From positions 28,111 through 84,703 of the forward strand of contig PXRY01000100.1 in assembly GCA_003022925.1 (NCBI GenBank): a stretch of DNA of 56,593 nt, in the 5' to 3' direction. Positions 46,268-55,280 of the stretch are shown here, piece after piece. How positions within the stretch are numbered: the first letter of the stretch is position 1; every line of letters begins with the position of its first letter. The translations under genes were made by a program, and so were the position numbers. Source of the DNA: Halobacteriales archaeon QS_8_65_32. Its GTDB lineage: Archaea > Halobacteriota > Halobacteria > Halobacteriales > Halococcaceae. The notes under the pieces were generated by a model. It was not told where the DNA came from. It was given only the letters and a program-made list of their open reading frames with translations, and ran no database searches.

Positions 46268-47617
46268 ATGACGCCACGGACCCTCCAGTACTCCGATCTC
46301 GAAAACGCCTACGACCACCCCGAGCGGATCGGTCGGCTGGCCGGCCTTCTGAACCGCTTACGCGGAGCCGACACCCTCGTCGTCGGTTCGGGCGACGACC
46401 TCGCGCCGGGGGTGTGCTCGCTCGCGACCCGGGGTCGGTGTGCGCTTCCCTTCTTCCGTGCCGTTCGCCCCGACATCGAAACCTTCGGCAACCACGACTT
46501 CGACTACGGCCTCGATCGCACGCTCGAAATCGTCCGCGAGTCGCCCCAAGAGTGGATCAGCGCCAACGTCGCCGTCGAGGGGACGCGCTTCGGGGCCGCT
46601 GAGGGCGTTCGCCCCGCCACCGTCCGCGAGGTCGACGGGCGGCGCGTCGGGTTCGTCGGCGTCACCGACCCCGCGACGACCGACATGACCCCAGTCGCGG
46701 GCGACCTCGACATCGACGATCCGATCGCGGCGATCGCCCGGCGCTGTGACGTCGACGCCGTCCTCGGCGGGCACGTCCACGACGAGCGGATCGCGACGAT
46801 CGACGGGACCGTCTGTACGCGGCTGAACGCGAACGGCCGCCGGATCTGCGAAATCGATCTCGACGCGGGCGAAGCGCGATTCCACGAGACTGCCGAGGGG
46901 CCGCTCGACGAGGAGGTACAGGCGGCCTACGAGGCGACCTATGAGGAAACGGGTCTGGGGGAGGTCGTCGCCGTTATCGACGAGCCGATTGCCCGGTCGC
47001 GGGCGCTGCGCTTGGGCGGGGAGTGTCGAGCGGGGAACTTCGTCGCGAACGCTTACCGTTGGGCGGCCGGCGCGGACTGTGGGCTGCACGACGCAGGCGG
47101 GATGCGCGACGGGCCGGCGCTCGCAGGCGCGGTCAGGGTCGCCGATCTCGTGAGCCTCGTCCCCTTCGACAAGCGGGTCGTTTGCTGTGAGATCACGGGG
47201 CGGGAGTTACGCGAAGTCCTCGCCGAGGGATACCGGGCGTCCCGCGGGAGCGGCGAGCCGAACTGGTACGCCCACGTGAGCGGGCTTCGGGTCGTCCACG
47301 ATACGAGTAACCGAACCGTCGTCGAGTGCTGGATCGACGGCGACGACGAGGGCGACGATGGAGAGAACGGCGACAAGGGCGACGACGGTAGTGAGAACGA
47401 CGGTATCGAGGACGATAGCGGAGAACTCCTCGACCCCGACCGGACGTACACGCTCGCGACGAACGACTACCTGCTCGCGACGCACTACGAGGTCTCGACG
47501 TTCACGCCCGCCCACCGATCGCGGGATCTCGACGTTCAATGGGAGGTACTCGCCGCTTACGCCCGCGAGCGCGGCATCGATCCCCGGATCGACGGCCGAA
47601 TCGTCCTCCGCGAGTGA
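46268..47617 (+). CDS. Metallophosphatase/5'-nucleotidase, paralog 2 (lacks the SHxG block, carries an acidic insertion)
   Basis: LQYSDLENAYD..VGSGDDLAPG..FGNHDFDY..GGHVHDE. The region equivalent to RVLGLSHCGDDDDLAAAIEADAI of paralog 1 is absent. It has the extra tract DGDDEGDDGENGDKGDDGSENDGIEDD. Confidence 0.8.
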   Translation: MTPRTLQYSDLENAYDHPERIGRLAGLLNRLRGADTLVVGSGDDLAPGVCSLATRGRCALPFFRAVRPDIETFGNHDFDYGLDRTLEIVRESPQEWISANVAVEGTRFGAAEGVRPATVREVDGRRVGFVGVTDPATTDMTPVAGDLDIDDPIAAIARRCDVDAVLGGHVHDERIATIDGTVCTRLNANGRRICEIDLDAGEARFHETAEGPLDEEVQAAYEATYEETGLGEVVAVIDEPIARSRALRLGGECRAGNFVANAYRWAAGADCGLHDAGGMRDGPALAGAVRVADLVSLVPFDKRVVCCEITGRELREVLAEGYRASRGSGEPNWYAHVSGLRVVHDTSNRTVVECWIDGDDEGDDGENGDKGDDGSENDGIEDDSGELLDPDRTYTLATNDYLLATHYEVSTFTPAHRSRDLDVQWEVLAAYARERGIDPRIDGRIVLRE

Positions 47618-47741
47618 GAGGTGAGATCGGGCGAGCGAGTCCGCATAGCGGGACGTTTCGAACGCCCGTCGCTGACTCCCCGGCGAACGGCTCCCCGTCG
47701 AATAGAAAGGTTGAGAACGCTCGGGTCGAAACGGCGACCGA

Positions 47742-48146
47742 ATGGTGTCGGTGCTGGCCCCGGTTCGCTATCCTCTCTCCGAGTTCTCGAAGACGACCCT
47801 CCGGGAGGGCGCTCGCCTTGCCCGCGAGCGCGAGGCGAACCTCGTCGTGTTGCACGTCACACCGTATCACGCGAGTGAGAACGTGACCCGCCGGGAGTTG
47901 AAACGCGCCGCCGAACGCGTCGTCGGCCGCCTCCCCCAGGCGCGCTATCTCGTCCGATCGGGCTTTCTCATCGAGGAGACGATCTTGGAGGAAGTCGCCG
48001 CCGAAGGTGCCGACATCGTCGTGATCGGCAAGAGTCAGGCGAGTCGCTGGCGGCGGGTCTTCCGGCGGATCGCGGATGACCCGGACGTCGAACGCTTCCT
48101 GCGCCGGGAACTCGACTGTAAGGTCGTCACCGTTGCCGAGCCCTAA
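47742..48146 (+). CDS. Universal stress protein (UspA family)
   Basis: VLAPVRYPLSE..NLVVLHV..ADIVVIGKS.. pattern, 134 aa. Confidence 0.75.
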   Translation: MVSVLAPVRYPLSEFSKTTLREGARLAREREANLVVLHVTPYHASENVTRRELKRAAERVVGRLPQARYLVRSGFLIEETILEEVAAEGADIVVIGKSQASRWRRVFRRIADDPDVERFLRRELDCKVVTVAEP

Positions 48147-48314
48147 TATCCCTGAGCGGTCGGCCACCGGCCGGAGGACCTGCCGCCGTCGACGCGCCCC
48201 ACGCCGACGCGAACGACCCTAGCTGCTCGTTCCCGGATCGTCGCTGCCGATCGGGCTAACCCTCTTCGTGTAACGTCGGTGCAGCGAGAGTTCGGCGTCC
48301 AGTAACCGTGCCGT

Positions 48315-49631
48315 CTACCGGTCGTCCGGCGTTCGACCGTCGGCGCCGGCTCCGGAACCGGAGCCGGTTTCCCCTTCAGTCGTCGCCTCGGTCGTTGTTC
48401 CGGAGTCGGTTCCGTGGCCCGACTCGGGTTCCGGTTCCGGTTCGGGTTCGAACCCGGGTCCGGAACCGGTGCGCTCGCCGTCGCCGAACCGTCGCCTTTC
48501 GTCGTCTCCCGCGCCACCGGCCCGCTCGTCGAGCGATATCGGAAGGGTGCCGCTCGTCTCGTCGAACACGAGATGCGAGTGGGGGTAGGCCATCTCGACG
48601 TCGGCGTCGTCCAGGGCCTCCCAGACGTTCTCCTGGACCGCGGAGCGCACGGTGAGCAGTTTGTACGGCTCGCGGGCCCAGTACCGAAGCGTGAGCAACA
48701 CGCCGTGGTCGGCGAACTCGTTGATGTAACACGTCGGCGCGGCCGGGTACCGAGCGCTACCGATCCGGATATCCGGGCCACCGGAGACGACGACCTCTAC
48801 CTTCCGGGCGGCGCGCTCGATGAGGGTGCGTGCCTCCGCTAAGTCGCCCTCGTACGTAACGAGGACGTCGAGACGCAGGCGGGTCCGGGGGTCCTCGGCG
48901 GAGTAGTTGATCACGTCGCGATCGCGCATCGTCGCGTTCGGAACGACCATGAACGTGTTGTCGAGCGTGAATATCTTGGTGTAACGAAGGGTGATGTCCT
49001 CGACGAACCCTCGCTGGCCGGTCTGATTGCGGTTTGCGCTGTCGACGAACTCGATCATGTCGCCGATCTCGTAGGGTTGGTCGGCGAGGATCAACAGTCC
49101 ATTGACGATGCTACCGATGATCGGCGTCAACACGAGCACCGTCGCGGCGGTGAGCACCGTCGCAGACAGCACGAGGTCGCTGATCCGTAGGACTCCGGCG
49201 ACACCGAGGGCGACGAATACCGCGGCGAGCATGATCACACTACGGATACTTCCGAGCACCGATTGGACGACGCTCGGTCGTCGGAATCGACGGGCGACCC
49301 GCCGGCTGAGCAGGCGGACGACGAGTTTCGAGCCGTACCACGCGACGAGTAGTACCATCAACGCGAGCACCAGACGAACGAGCCACGTCGGGATCATTGG
49401 CAGCCAGTCCGGCCAGAGATCGCCAAGGAAGTCGACGGTTCGCTGAGTACTTTCGTCGATCTGTTGGCCCGGTGCCGGTCCGCTCGCGTTGTCCGTCCCG
49501 TTCGTGTTACCCGAACTGTTCGTCGTAGTTCCGTTCGCGCCGATACCGACCCCGGTCTGTAGCGGAAGGGTAACGAACGCGGCACTCGCTATTGCGCGCG
49601 ACACCACGGTCACCACACCCGCCAGGCCCAT
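48315..49631 (-). CDS. Mechanosensitive ion channel (MscS family)
   Basis: N-terminal TM helices, the MscS beta-domain motif (ADQPYEIGDMIEF..GFVEDITLRYTKIFTLDNTFMVVPN), and an acidic C-terminal tail. Confidence 0.85.
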   Translation of the reverse strand: MGLAGVVTVVSRAIASAAFVTLPLQTGVGIGANGTTTNSSGNTNGTDNASGPAPGQQIDESTQRTVDFLGDLWPDWLPMIPTWLVRLVLALMVLLVAWYGSKLVVRLLSRRVARRFRRPSVVQSVLGSIRSVIMLAAVFVALGVAGVLRISDLVLSATVLTAATVLVLTPIIGSIVNGLLILADQPYEIGDMIEFVDSANRNQTGQRGFVEDITLRYTKIFTLDNTFMVVPNATMRDRDVINYSAEDPRTRLRLDVLVTYEGDLAEARTLIERAARKVEVVVSGGPDIRIGSARYPAAPTCYINEFADHGVLLTLRYWAREPYKLLTVRSAVQENVWEALDDADVEMAYPHSHLVFDETSGTLPISLDERAGGAGDDERRRFGDGERTGSGPGFEPEPEPEPESGHGTDSGTTTEATTEGETGSGSGAGADGRTPDDR

Positions 49632-49669
49632 GACGGTCGCTTCGACCCACAGGGAAAAAACGTTCCGAC

Positions 49670-49837
49670 ACCCGCTTTTTCGCTCGCACCTTTTTTTCGT
49701 CGGGTTTCCTCGCTCGTGCCTCCGACGCTCGCTGCGGAAACCACTCCTACGAAAGTCCGCACCGAAAGCCGCGACTCTCGCTCGTCTTCGACTCGCTTGG
49801 TTGCGGGGAACCGCTTGCGCTCCGCGCTCGCGGATGC
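49670..49837 (-). repeat. Intergenic repeat family 2, copy d
   Basis: The minus strand reads GCATCCGCGAGCGCGGAGCGCAAGCGGTTCCCCGCAACCAAGCGAGTCGAAGACGAGCGAG..CCCGACGAAAAAAAGGTGCGAGCG, directly upstream of the MscS gene. Confidence 0.55.
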
Positions 49838-49939
49838 GCTGGTTCCGCCCTGACCGAGTCTCCCGTTCGGTCTCGACGCGTCGCTCACGAGAAACCCGTT
49901 AATCGCCGGCTGATCGTATCCCGAATACGCCGGCCGACC

Positions 49940-50682
49940 ATGGCAACACGGGAACGGCGTTCGACGTCGTTCACGAGACAGTTCCGTCCGACGTGTTGCT
50001 TGCCGGTTTCTCGGAGTTCGGCCCGACAGGGCTCACTGCTGTCGATTACCTCATCGACCAGCTCGACTCGGAAGGACCAGCCACGTCACTGCGGAAAACT
50101 TGCCGCCGATCGCGCCCTTCTCGGGGGGTGTGCCTCGCCATCACACCCGGCTGTTCTCGAAGCCCGATCTCGATCGCACCGTATTCGTCGGCGAACTGTT
50201 CGTCTCGCTCGGGGCCGCGGATGCCTTCGCGAGCGCGGTCATCGAGTGGATCGAGCGAAACGACGCCGAGGAAATCGCCGCTCTCTCGGGGTCCCGATCA
50301 CCACGGGCCCAACGCACATCGGACCTTTCACATCGCAACCGACGACTACCGCGAGCAACGCCTCGTCGATCTCGATTCCGAACACGCCCCGGCACCGATG
50401 GGCAACGGTTATCTCAGTGGTGTCAACGGCGCGCTCGTGACCCACGGGCTCGACCACTCGCTCGTGGTCAACGTCCTTTCGACATCCGTCCATGCCCGGG
50501 GGCCGGACGTCGACGGCGCGTTGCGCCTGCTCGAAACGGTCGTCGACATCTACGGGCTCGACGTCGACACCGCGCCCTTGGAGGAGTTCGCTGCGAGCGT
50601 CGCCGGCCACCACGAGCGCCCCGCCGAACACGTCGAAGACACTCAGGACGACACCCGGTACGATGACCGGATATTCATGTGA
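49940..50682 (+). pseudogene. Proteasome assembly chaperone (PAC2) family protein, multiple frame switches
   Basis: PAC2-like segments lie in different frames. AFDVVHETVPSDVLLAGFSEFGPTGLTAVDYLIDQLD is in the frame of ORF 49993. ENLPPIAPFSGGVPRHHTRLFSKPDLDRTVFVGELFVS..IEWIERNDAEEIAALSG is in the frame of ORF 50100. HRTFHIATDDYREQRLVD..GVNGALV..VHARGPDVDGALRLLETVVDIYGLDVD returns to the frame of 49993. Confidence 0.65.
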
Positions 50683-50832
50683 TCGCCGGCGGGCGTTCGT
50701 CCGTACCGACCCCTGCCGTCCCCGTTCCGATATGTATAGTCCCGGCGGCTTTTTCCCCCGGAAAGCGGCCGAGGCGACCACCGCCGTATGTGCTGGCACC
50801 ATCGTTTTGTGAGCGACACCGCAAGGAGAATC

Positions 50833-51228
50833 ATGGCACACGACCGATCGAGTTCCGACGACCGGGCGACGAGCGAGGCCGCCGAGGACGTTACCGACGC
50901 CGCGGGACGGCGGCGACGCGAGCGTGCCGAAAGCGCCGAACAGGCCTCGCGTGAACTGGAGGGCGACTTCGAGGCGATCGAGTACCCCGTGGCGAGCGAG
51001 GACTTGGCGATCGAGTACGCCGACCGGGAGATCGAGATGGCGAACGAGACCGAATCGCTCGGCAGCGTCTTCGACCGGCTCGCCGGCGAACAGTACGACT
51101 CGCCCGAAGAAGTCAGGGAGGCGGTCTACGGCGAGCTCACCGGCCAGGCCGGGACGATGAACGAGGCGAACGCGGAACGCGACCTCCAGGGGCTCGACGA
51201 GCACAATCCCGACGACGCCGCCGACTGA
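50833..51228 (+). CDS. Conserved haloarchaeal acidic protein (DUF5789-like)
   Basis: ATG 50833: ..LEGDFEAIEYPVASEDLAIEYADREIEMANETESLGSVFDRLAGEQYDSPEEVREAVYGEL.. Confidence 0.65.
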   Translation: MAHDRSSSDDRATSEAAEDVTDAAGRRRRERAESAEQASRELEGDFEAIEYPVASEDLAIEYADREIEMANETESLGSVFDRLAGEQYDSPEEVREAVYGELTGQAGTMNEANAERDLQGLDEHNPDDAAD

Positions 51229-51384
51229 CGGTCGAAGGGAGGAAACGCTCCGATACGGACCCGCTACGGCGATGCAAACGACCGGGAGCCGACACGGATA
51301 GGGGTCGAAAGTGACGATCGGCCTCGTCGCTCAGGCACGAGGGGCGGTGTTTAGTTGCGCGATGAAGACCGACGAGAACGGTTC

Positions 51385-51765
51385 GGGTGGGACCGGAAGG
51401 TGCCGACCGCTCGGCGTTCTTGTAAGCGAGTGGAACGAGCGAACGAGAGCTCGAAGGACGAGCGAAGCAAGTCCTTCGTAGAACCCCAGCGTTCTTGCGA
51501 GCGAGAGCAGGGAAGAACTTTGCTCCGACCGCGTTCGCGAGAACGAAGTGGTTCGAGAGAGCGGAGCTCTCTTGTCATGCCGAGAGACGCGAAGCGTCTC
51601 TCGTAGTACTCTCGTGAGCCAACAGGATCGCGGTGCGATCCTGTGATGACACAAGCACGTGAGCGATGAACGAACTAAAGGAGCGAGCGCGCGCAGCGAG
51701 CCGCAGGAGCCGAGCGCGTCGGGGGCTTTCAAAACGGTCTCGCCAGCTCTTCTCCTGAAAGTCGC
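51385..51765 (+). repeat. Mosaic hairpin element, copy 7
   Basis: It starts GGGTGGGACCGGAAGGTGCCG. Hairpins include GAAGGACGAGCGAAGCAAGTCCTTC, GAGAGAGCGGAGCTCTCTT, GAGAGACGCGAAGCGTCTCTC and CAGGATCGCGGTGCGATCCTG. The right arm is GTGAGCGATGAACGAACTAAAGGAGCGAGCGCGCGCAGCGAGCCGCAGGAGCCGAGCGCGTCGGGGGCTTTCAAAACGGTCTCG..CTGAAAGTCGC. Confidence 0.85.
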
Positions 51766-51794
51766 AAAAACGGCCAGCACGGAACAGCTAAGGG

Positions 51795-52316
51795 TTAACT
51801 GTCGAACGGTTCCTCGTCGCGGTGGGCGTCGGGGTTCGACGACTCGCGGGCGGCGGCCTCGCGTTCTACCGACTCTTCGACCTCCTGTTCGGCTTCCTGT
51901 TCCTGGGTACGTTTGCGGGCTTCCTCGCTCGCCTCGGTACCCTCCTCGTTGGCTGCGCGGGCGAGGTCGACGTCGGCGTCGTGTTCGTTGTCCGCCGAAC
52001 GGTCGGCCTCGGCGTCGCCGCGTCGCAGGGTAATCGCCTCGCCGTCCTCGGCGACCGAGTCGATCGCGATCCGAGGAAGCGGGTAGTCGTCGGCCCCATG
52101 GTCGCCGCCTCCGCCGTCGCTGCCTCTACCGTCGCCGCCGTCCCCGTTCTCGGTTGTCGCATCCCAGCCGAGCGTCGCGAGCACGGTCTCGGGGGCGTCG
52201 GCGGCCGGTTCGACGTAGGCGACGCCCTCGTCAACGTGGGCAACGCTGCCGAGGCGATCGCCGTCGGGTGTGTGGACGGTTGCGTCGACGACCGCTTCAG
52301 TGAGGTCGCGGACCAT
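51795..52316 (-). CDS. Hypothetical highly acidic protein
   Basis: MVRDLTEAVVDATVHTPDGDRLGSVAHVDEGVAYVEP.. followed by a long acidic tail. The maximal ORF extends to 52337. Confidence 0.6.
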   Translation of the reverse strand: MVRDLTEAVVDATVHTPDGDRLGSVAHVDEGVAYVEPAADAPETVLATLGWDATTENGDGGDGRGSDGGGGDHGADDYPLPRIAIDSVAEDGEAITLRRGDAEADRSADNEHDADVDLARAANEEGTEASEEARKRTQEQEAEQEVEESVEREAAARESSNPDAHRDEEPFDS

Positions 52317-52711
52317 ATCGGAACGAGGAACGGGCAATTATTGTGCGTACTGCCTGCCCGTGCAGGCAGGTACGATAATACCGCTCCGTCCGGGCGGGGA
52401 GCGAAGGGAAACTATAGACGACCGACCACTGAGCGGGGCGTACCGGGTGCCGTTCGCCGGGCGTTCGACGGCTCCACTCACGCGCCGCGGAGACGCTACG
52501 AATACACCGCGAAGCTACTACAAAGCGAACCCAAAACAGGGGTCGAACCGGTGTGACACATTCAAAACATTATTCGGAACGATATCGTGGCTCGAAACGA
52601 CGAAGCATTTAAGTATAATCGACTCGTTTCGTTGGATACGAACTGTGGCTCTCGGGTTTTCGGTCAATCTGACCTTGGAGTCGGAACCCTGCCTCGACCG
52701 GTGACGAAACC

Positions 52712-53701
52712 ATGACAGACACTCGATTCAGAGCGCGACCGGAGCGCACCGACGAGCGCGAGCAACGCGAGGGTGAACGCACCGAGGAGAGCAGCGAGGA
52801 GGTGACCTGCCCGGAGTGCAGCGGCCGCCTGTTGACCGACGCCGAACACGGCGAGACGGTCTGTGAGGACTGCGGGCTCGTCGTCGACGACAGCGAAGTC
52901 GATCGCGGTCCCGAGTGGCGTGCGTTCGATTCCCGGGAGAAGGACGAAAAGAGCCGGGTCGGCGCGCCGACGACGAAGATGATGCACGACCAAGGTCTCT
53001 CTACCAACATCGACTGGCGCGACAAGGACGCCTACGGTAACACCTTGAGTTCGCGCCAGCGCGCGAAGATGCAGCGGCTCCGGACCTGGGACGAACGCTT
53101 TCGGACCCGAGACGCAAAGGAACGAAACCTCAAGCAGGCCTTGGGCGAGATCGAGCGGATGGCCTCGGCACTCGGGTTGCCCGAGAACGTCCGTGAGACC
53201 GCGAGCGTGATCTACCGCCGGGCGCTCGACGAGGACCTCCTGCCCGGGCGGTCGATCGAGGCGATCGCCACCGCATCGTTGCACGCGGCTGCCCGCCAGG
53301 CCGGCGTCCCTCGGAGTATCGACGAGGTCGCCGACGTCAGCCGGATCGAACAAATGGAGTTCGAGCGCGCCTATCGGTACATCGTTCGCGAACTCGGCCT
53401 CGGCATCAGGCCCGCCGACCCGACGAGTTACGTCGGTCGCTTCGCCTCCGATCTCGACGTGAGCGACGAGGTCGAACAGCGGGCACGCGAACTACTCGAA
53501 ACCACCAAACGCGAGGGTGCTCACAGCGGTAAGAGTCCCGTCGGACTCGCCGCTGCGGCCGTCTACGCCGCTGCCCTGTTGACCAATCAGCGGGTCACTC
53601 AGAGCGAGGTCAGCGAGGTCGCCGACGTCAGCGAGGTCACGATCCGCAATCGGTACAAGGAACTCCTCGAAGTCGAGGGCGAAGCGCGCGCGGTCGCCTG
53701 A
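52712..53701 (+). CDS. tfb: Transcription initiation factor IIB (TFB)
   Basis: Zinc ribbon CPECSGRLLTDAEHGETVCEDCG, B-reader/linker, and two cyclin repeats (..NLKQALGEIERMASALGLP.., ..YVGRFASDLD..). Confidence 0.92.
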   Translation: MTDTRFRARPERTDEREQREGERTEESSEEVTCPECSGRLLTDAEHGETVCEDCGLVVDDSEVDRGPEWRAFDSREKDEKSRVGAPTTKMMHDQGLSTNIDWRDKDAYGNTLSSRQRAKMQRLRTWDERFRTRDAKERNLKQALGEIERMASALGLPENVRETASVIYRRALDEDLLPGRSIEAIATASLHAAARQAGVPRSIDEVADVSRIEQMEFERAYRYIVRELGLGIRPADPTSYVGRFASDLDVSDEVEQRARELLETTKREGAHSGKSPVGLAAAAVYAAALLTNQRVTQSEVSEVADVSEVTIRNRYKELLEVEGEARAVA

Positions 53702-54046
53702 AGCGGTCGCTCACCCTCGCTCGGAACGATCGTCGTCCGCTTCTCGCGCTCCCCTCGTTCATTAGGGTCTCCGCTCGCATTCGCCGGTGACCGACGGGAC
53801 CCGCTGTGAACATTCGGTAGAGCGAACGCCGCGGTCACGGCGCGGGTACCCGGTTCCGCTCAGGTCGCCGGGTCGCTTCGGCCGCGCGTTCGGGCGATGG
53901 ACGAGTGCCTGTTCGAGCGGTTGCGCGCGGTCGACGGCGTGAAGTCAGCGCCCTGGCGGCCGCCCAACCGATGGGAACCCGGACGGAGCGATCGCGTAGA
54001 TGCGGCCGAGCGATAAGCGAGCGACGAACGCGACGAAAACCGGTCC

Positions 54047-54216
54047 GGGTGGGACTGGAAGGGGTCGGGCGCGCGGCGGCTTCGCCGTAGTTCGAAAGAC
54101 ACCCTCGGCGTCTTTCGTTCAGTGCGGGACCGAAGGTCCCGCTCGCAGTCAGAACGCTTCGCGTTCTGACCACATTCACGAGAACGGAGTTCTCGTCTCA
54201 GCAACCCTCTCAGAAG
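54047..54216 (+). repeat. Mosaic hairpin element, copy 8 (lacks canonical right terminus; abuts tRNA-Ser)
   Basis: It starts GGGTGGGACTGGAAGGGGTCGGGCGCG. Hairpins are GAAAGACACCCTCGGCGTCTTTC, GCGGGACCGAAGGTCCCGC, GTCAGAACGCTTCGCGTTCTGAC and GAGAACGGAGTTCTC. It ends 45 nt from the tRNA-Ser 3' end. Confidence 0.8.
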
Positions 54217-54260
54217 GAGTTAATAAACACTACCAGTTCACGAACACGAAAACTCGGAAG

Positions 54261-54345
54261 CGCCGGGGGTGAGATTTGAACTCACGAGTCCGTGAGGACA
54301 GTTGCTTTCGAGGCAACCGCCTTGGCCAGGCTAGGCTACCCCGGC
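54261..54345 (-). tRNA. tRNA-Ser (CGA)
   Basis: The minus strand reads GCCGGGGTAGCCTAGCCTGGCCAAGGCGGTTGCCTCGAAAGCAACTGTCCTCACGGACTCGTGAGTTCAAATCTCACCCCCGGCG. It has a long variable arm and anticodon loop CTCGAAA. Confidence 0.9.
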
Positions 54346-54460
54346 TGTACCTCGCGCTTTGGACGATCGGGTATTATCGGTTTCGGTTCGTCCGACGGAC
54401 GTAGGGACCCGAGCGACGGCGTGCGAACGATGTTGGAAGACCGGAGAACGGAAGCAGCCC

Positions 54461-55066
54461 CTATTGGGAGAGTAGCCGGTGAAACGGCGTCCGGCCGTTG
54501 GCAGCGCGCTGGACGTCGGTGAGCCGGTCGTTCGCGGCGTCGCGTGCGTCGTCGAGGTCGGCCGGATCGATCGACTCGCCGTCGGATCGGCGTCGGGAGA
54601 GGTCGTACAGCTCGGCCGTCGCCGCGCGATACTCGCCAACGGCGACGGCGAGGTGGACCGATGCTCCCAGCGCGTCCCGGTCGGCCACCGAGACGCGATC
54701 GTCGAACCCGGCGGCGTCGTCGGCTTCCGGAAGATCGTCGCTACCTTCGGTATCGTCGGTTTCATCGAGATCATCGTTACTCGCGAGATCGGCGTCGTCC
54801 ACGTCGCGGAGCGCGAGAACCGGCGTATTCGACCGGCAGCGTTCGCCCGACCGGACGGCCGCGAGGAGGTCAGTGCCCGGTCCGTCGGGCAATTCGGAAG
54901 CGACGAGCACGGCGGCCGGGTCGTCGTCGAGCGCGTTGCGAGCGTCGGCGACGCGCGAAGTCCCCCTGACTTCCCTATCGGACAGGATGTCGGCGACGCG
55001 CGAGGCCGTGTCGTCCGGAGCGGCGACGAGAACTGTCACAGACACCGGGAGGGACCGAGCGGGCAT
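54461..55066 (-). CDS. Response-regulator-like protein with C-terminal HalX-like helical domain
   Basis: ATG 55066: ..VTVLVAAPDD..AAVLVASELPDGPGTDLLAAVR..TPVLALR.. (receiver-like), then an acidic linker and a helical C-terminus (ASVHLAVAVGEYRAATAELYDL..). Confidence 0.6.
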   Translation of the reverse strand: MPARSLPVSVTVLVAAPDDTASRVADILSDREVRGTSRVADARNALDDDPAAVLVASELPDGPGTDLLAAVRSGERCRSNTPVLALRDVDDADLASNDDLDETDDTEGSDDLPEADDAAGFDDRVSVADRDALGASVHLAVAVGEYRAATAELYDLSRRRSDGESIDPADLDDARDAANDRLTDVQRAANGRTPFHRLLSQ

Positions 55067-55280
55067 AGCCCCTTCGCAGTCGGGACGATCGTTCACCCCG
55101 CGTCGGCGTCGACCTCGCTCGCGCTCCGTCCCCCGTGATCGCAGTGTCGGCGGCCATGAGGCGATACCGCGTCGAGGGGCTGAGGATGAGGAATGGTAAC
55201 CGACACCGATGAGGGACGAACGACGGGTGGCGAACCGACTCGAAACGAAGGTGCCCCGAACAGCTCCGAACGGACGGCGT

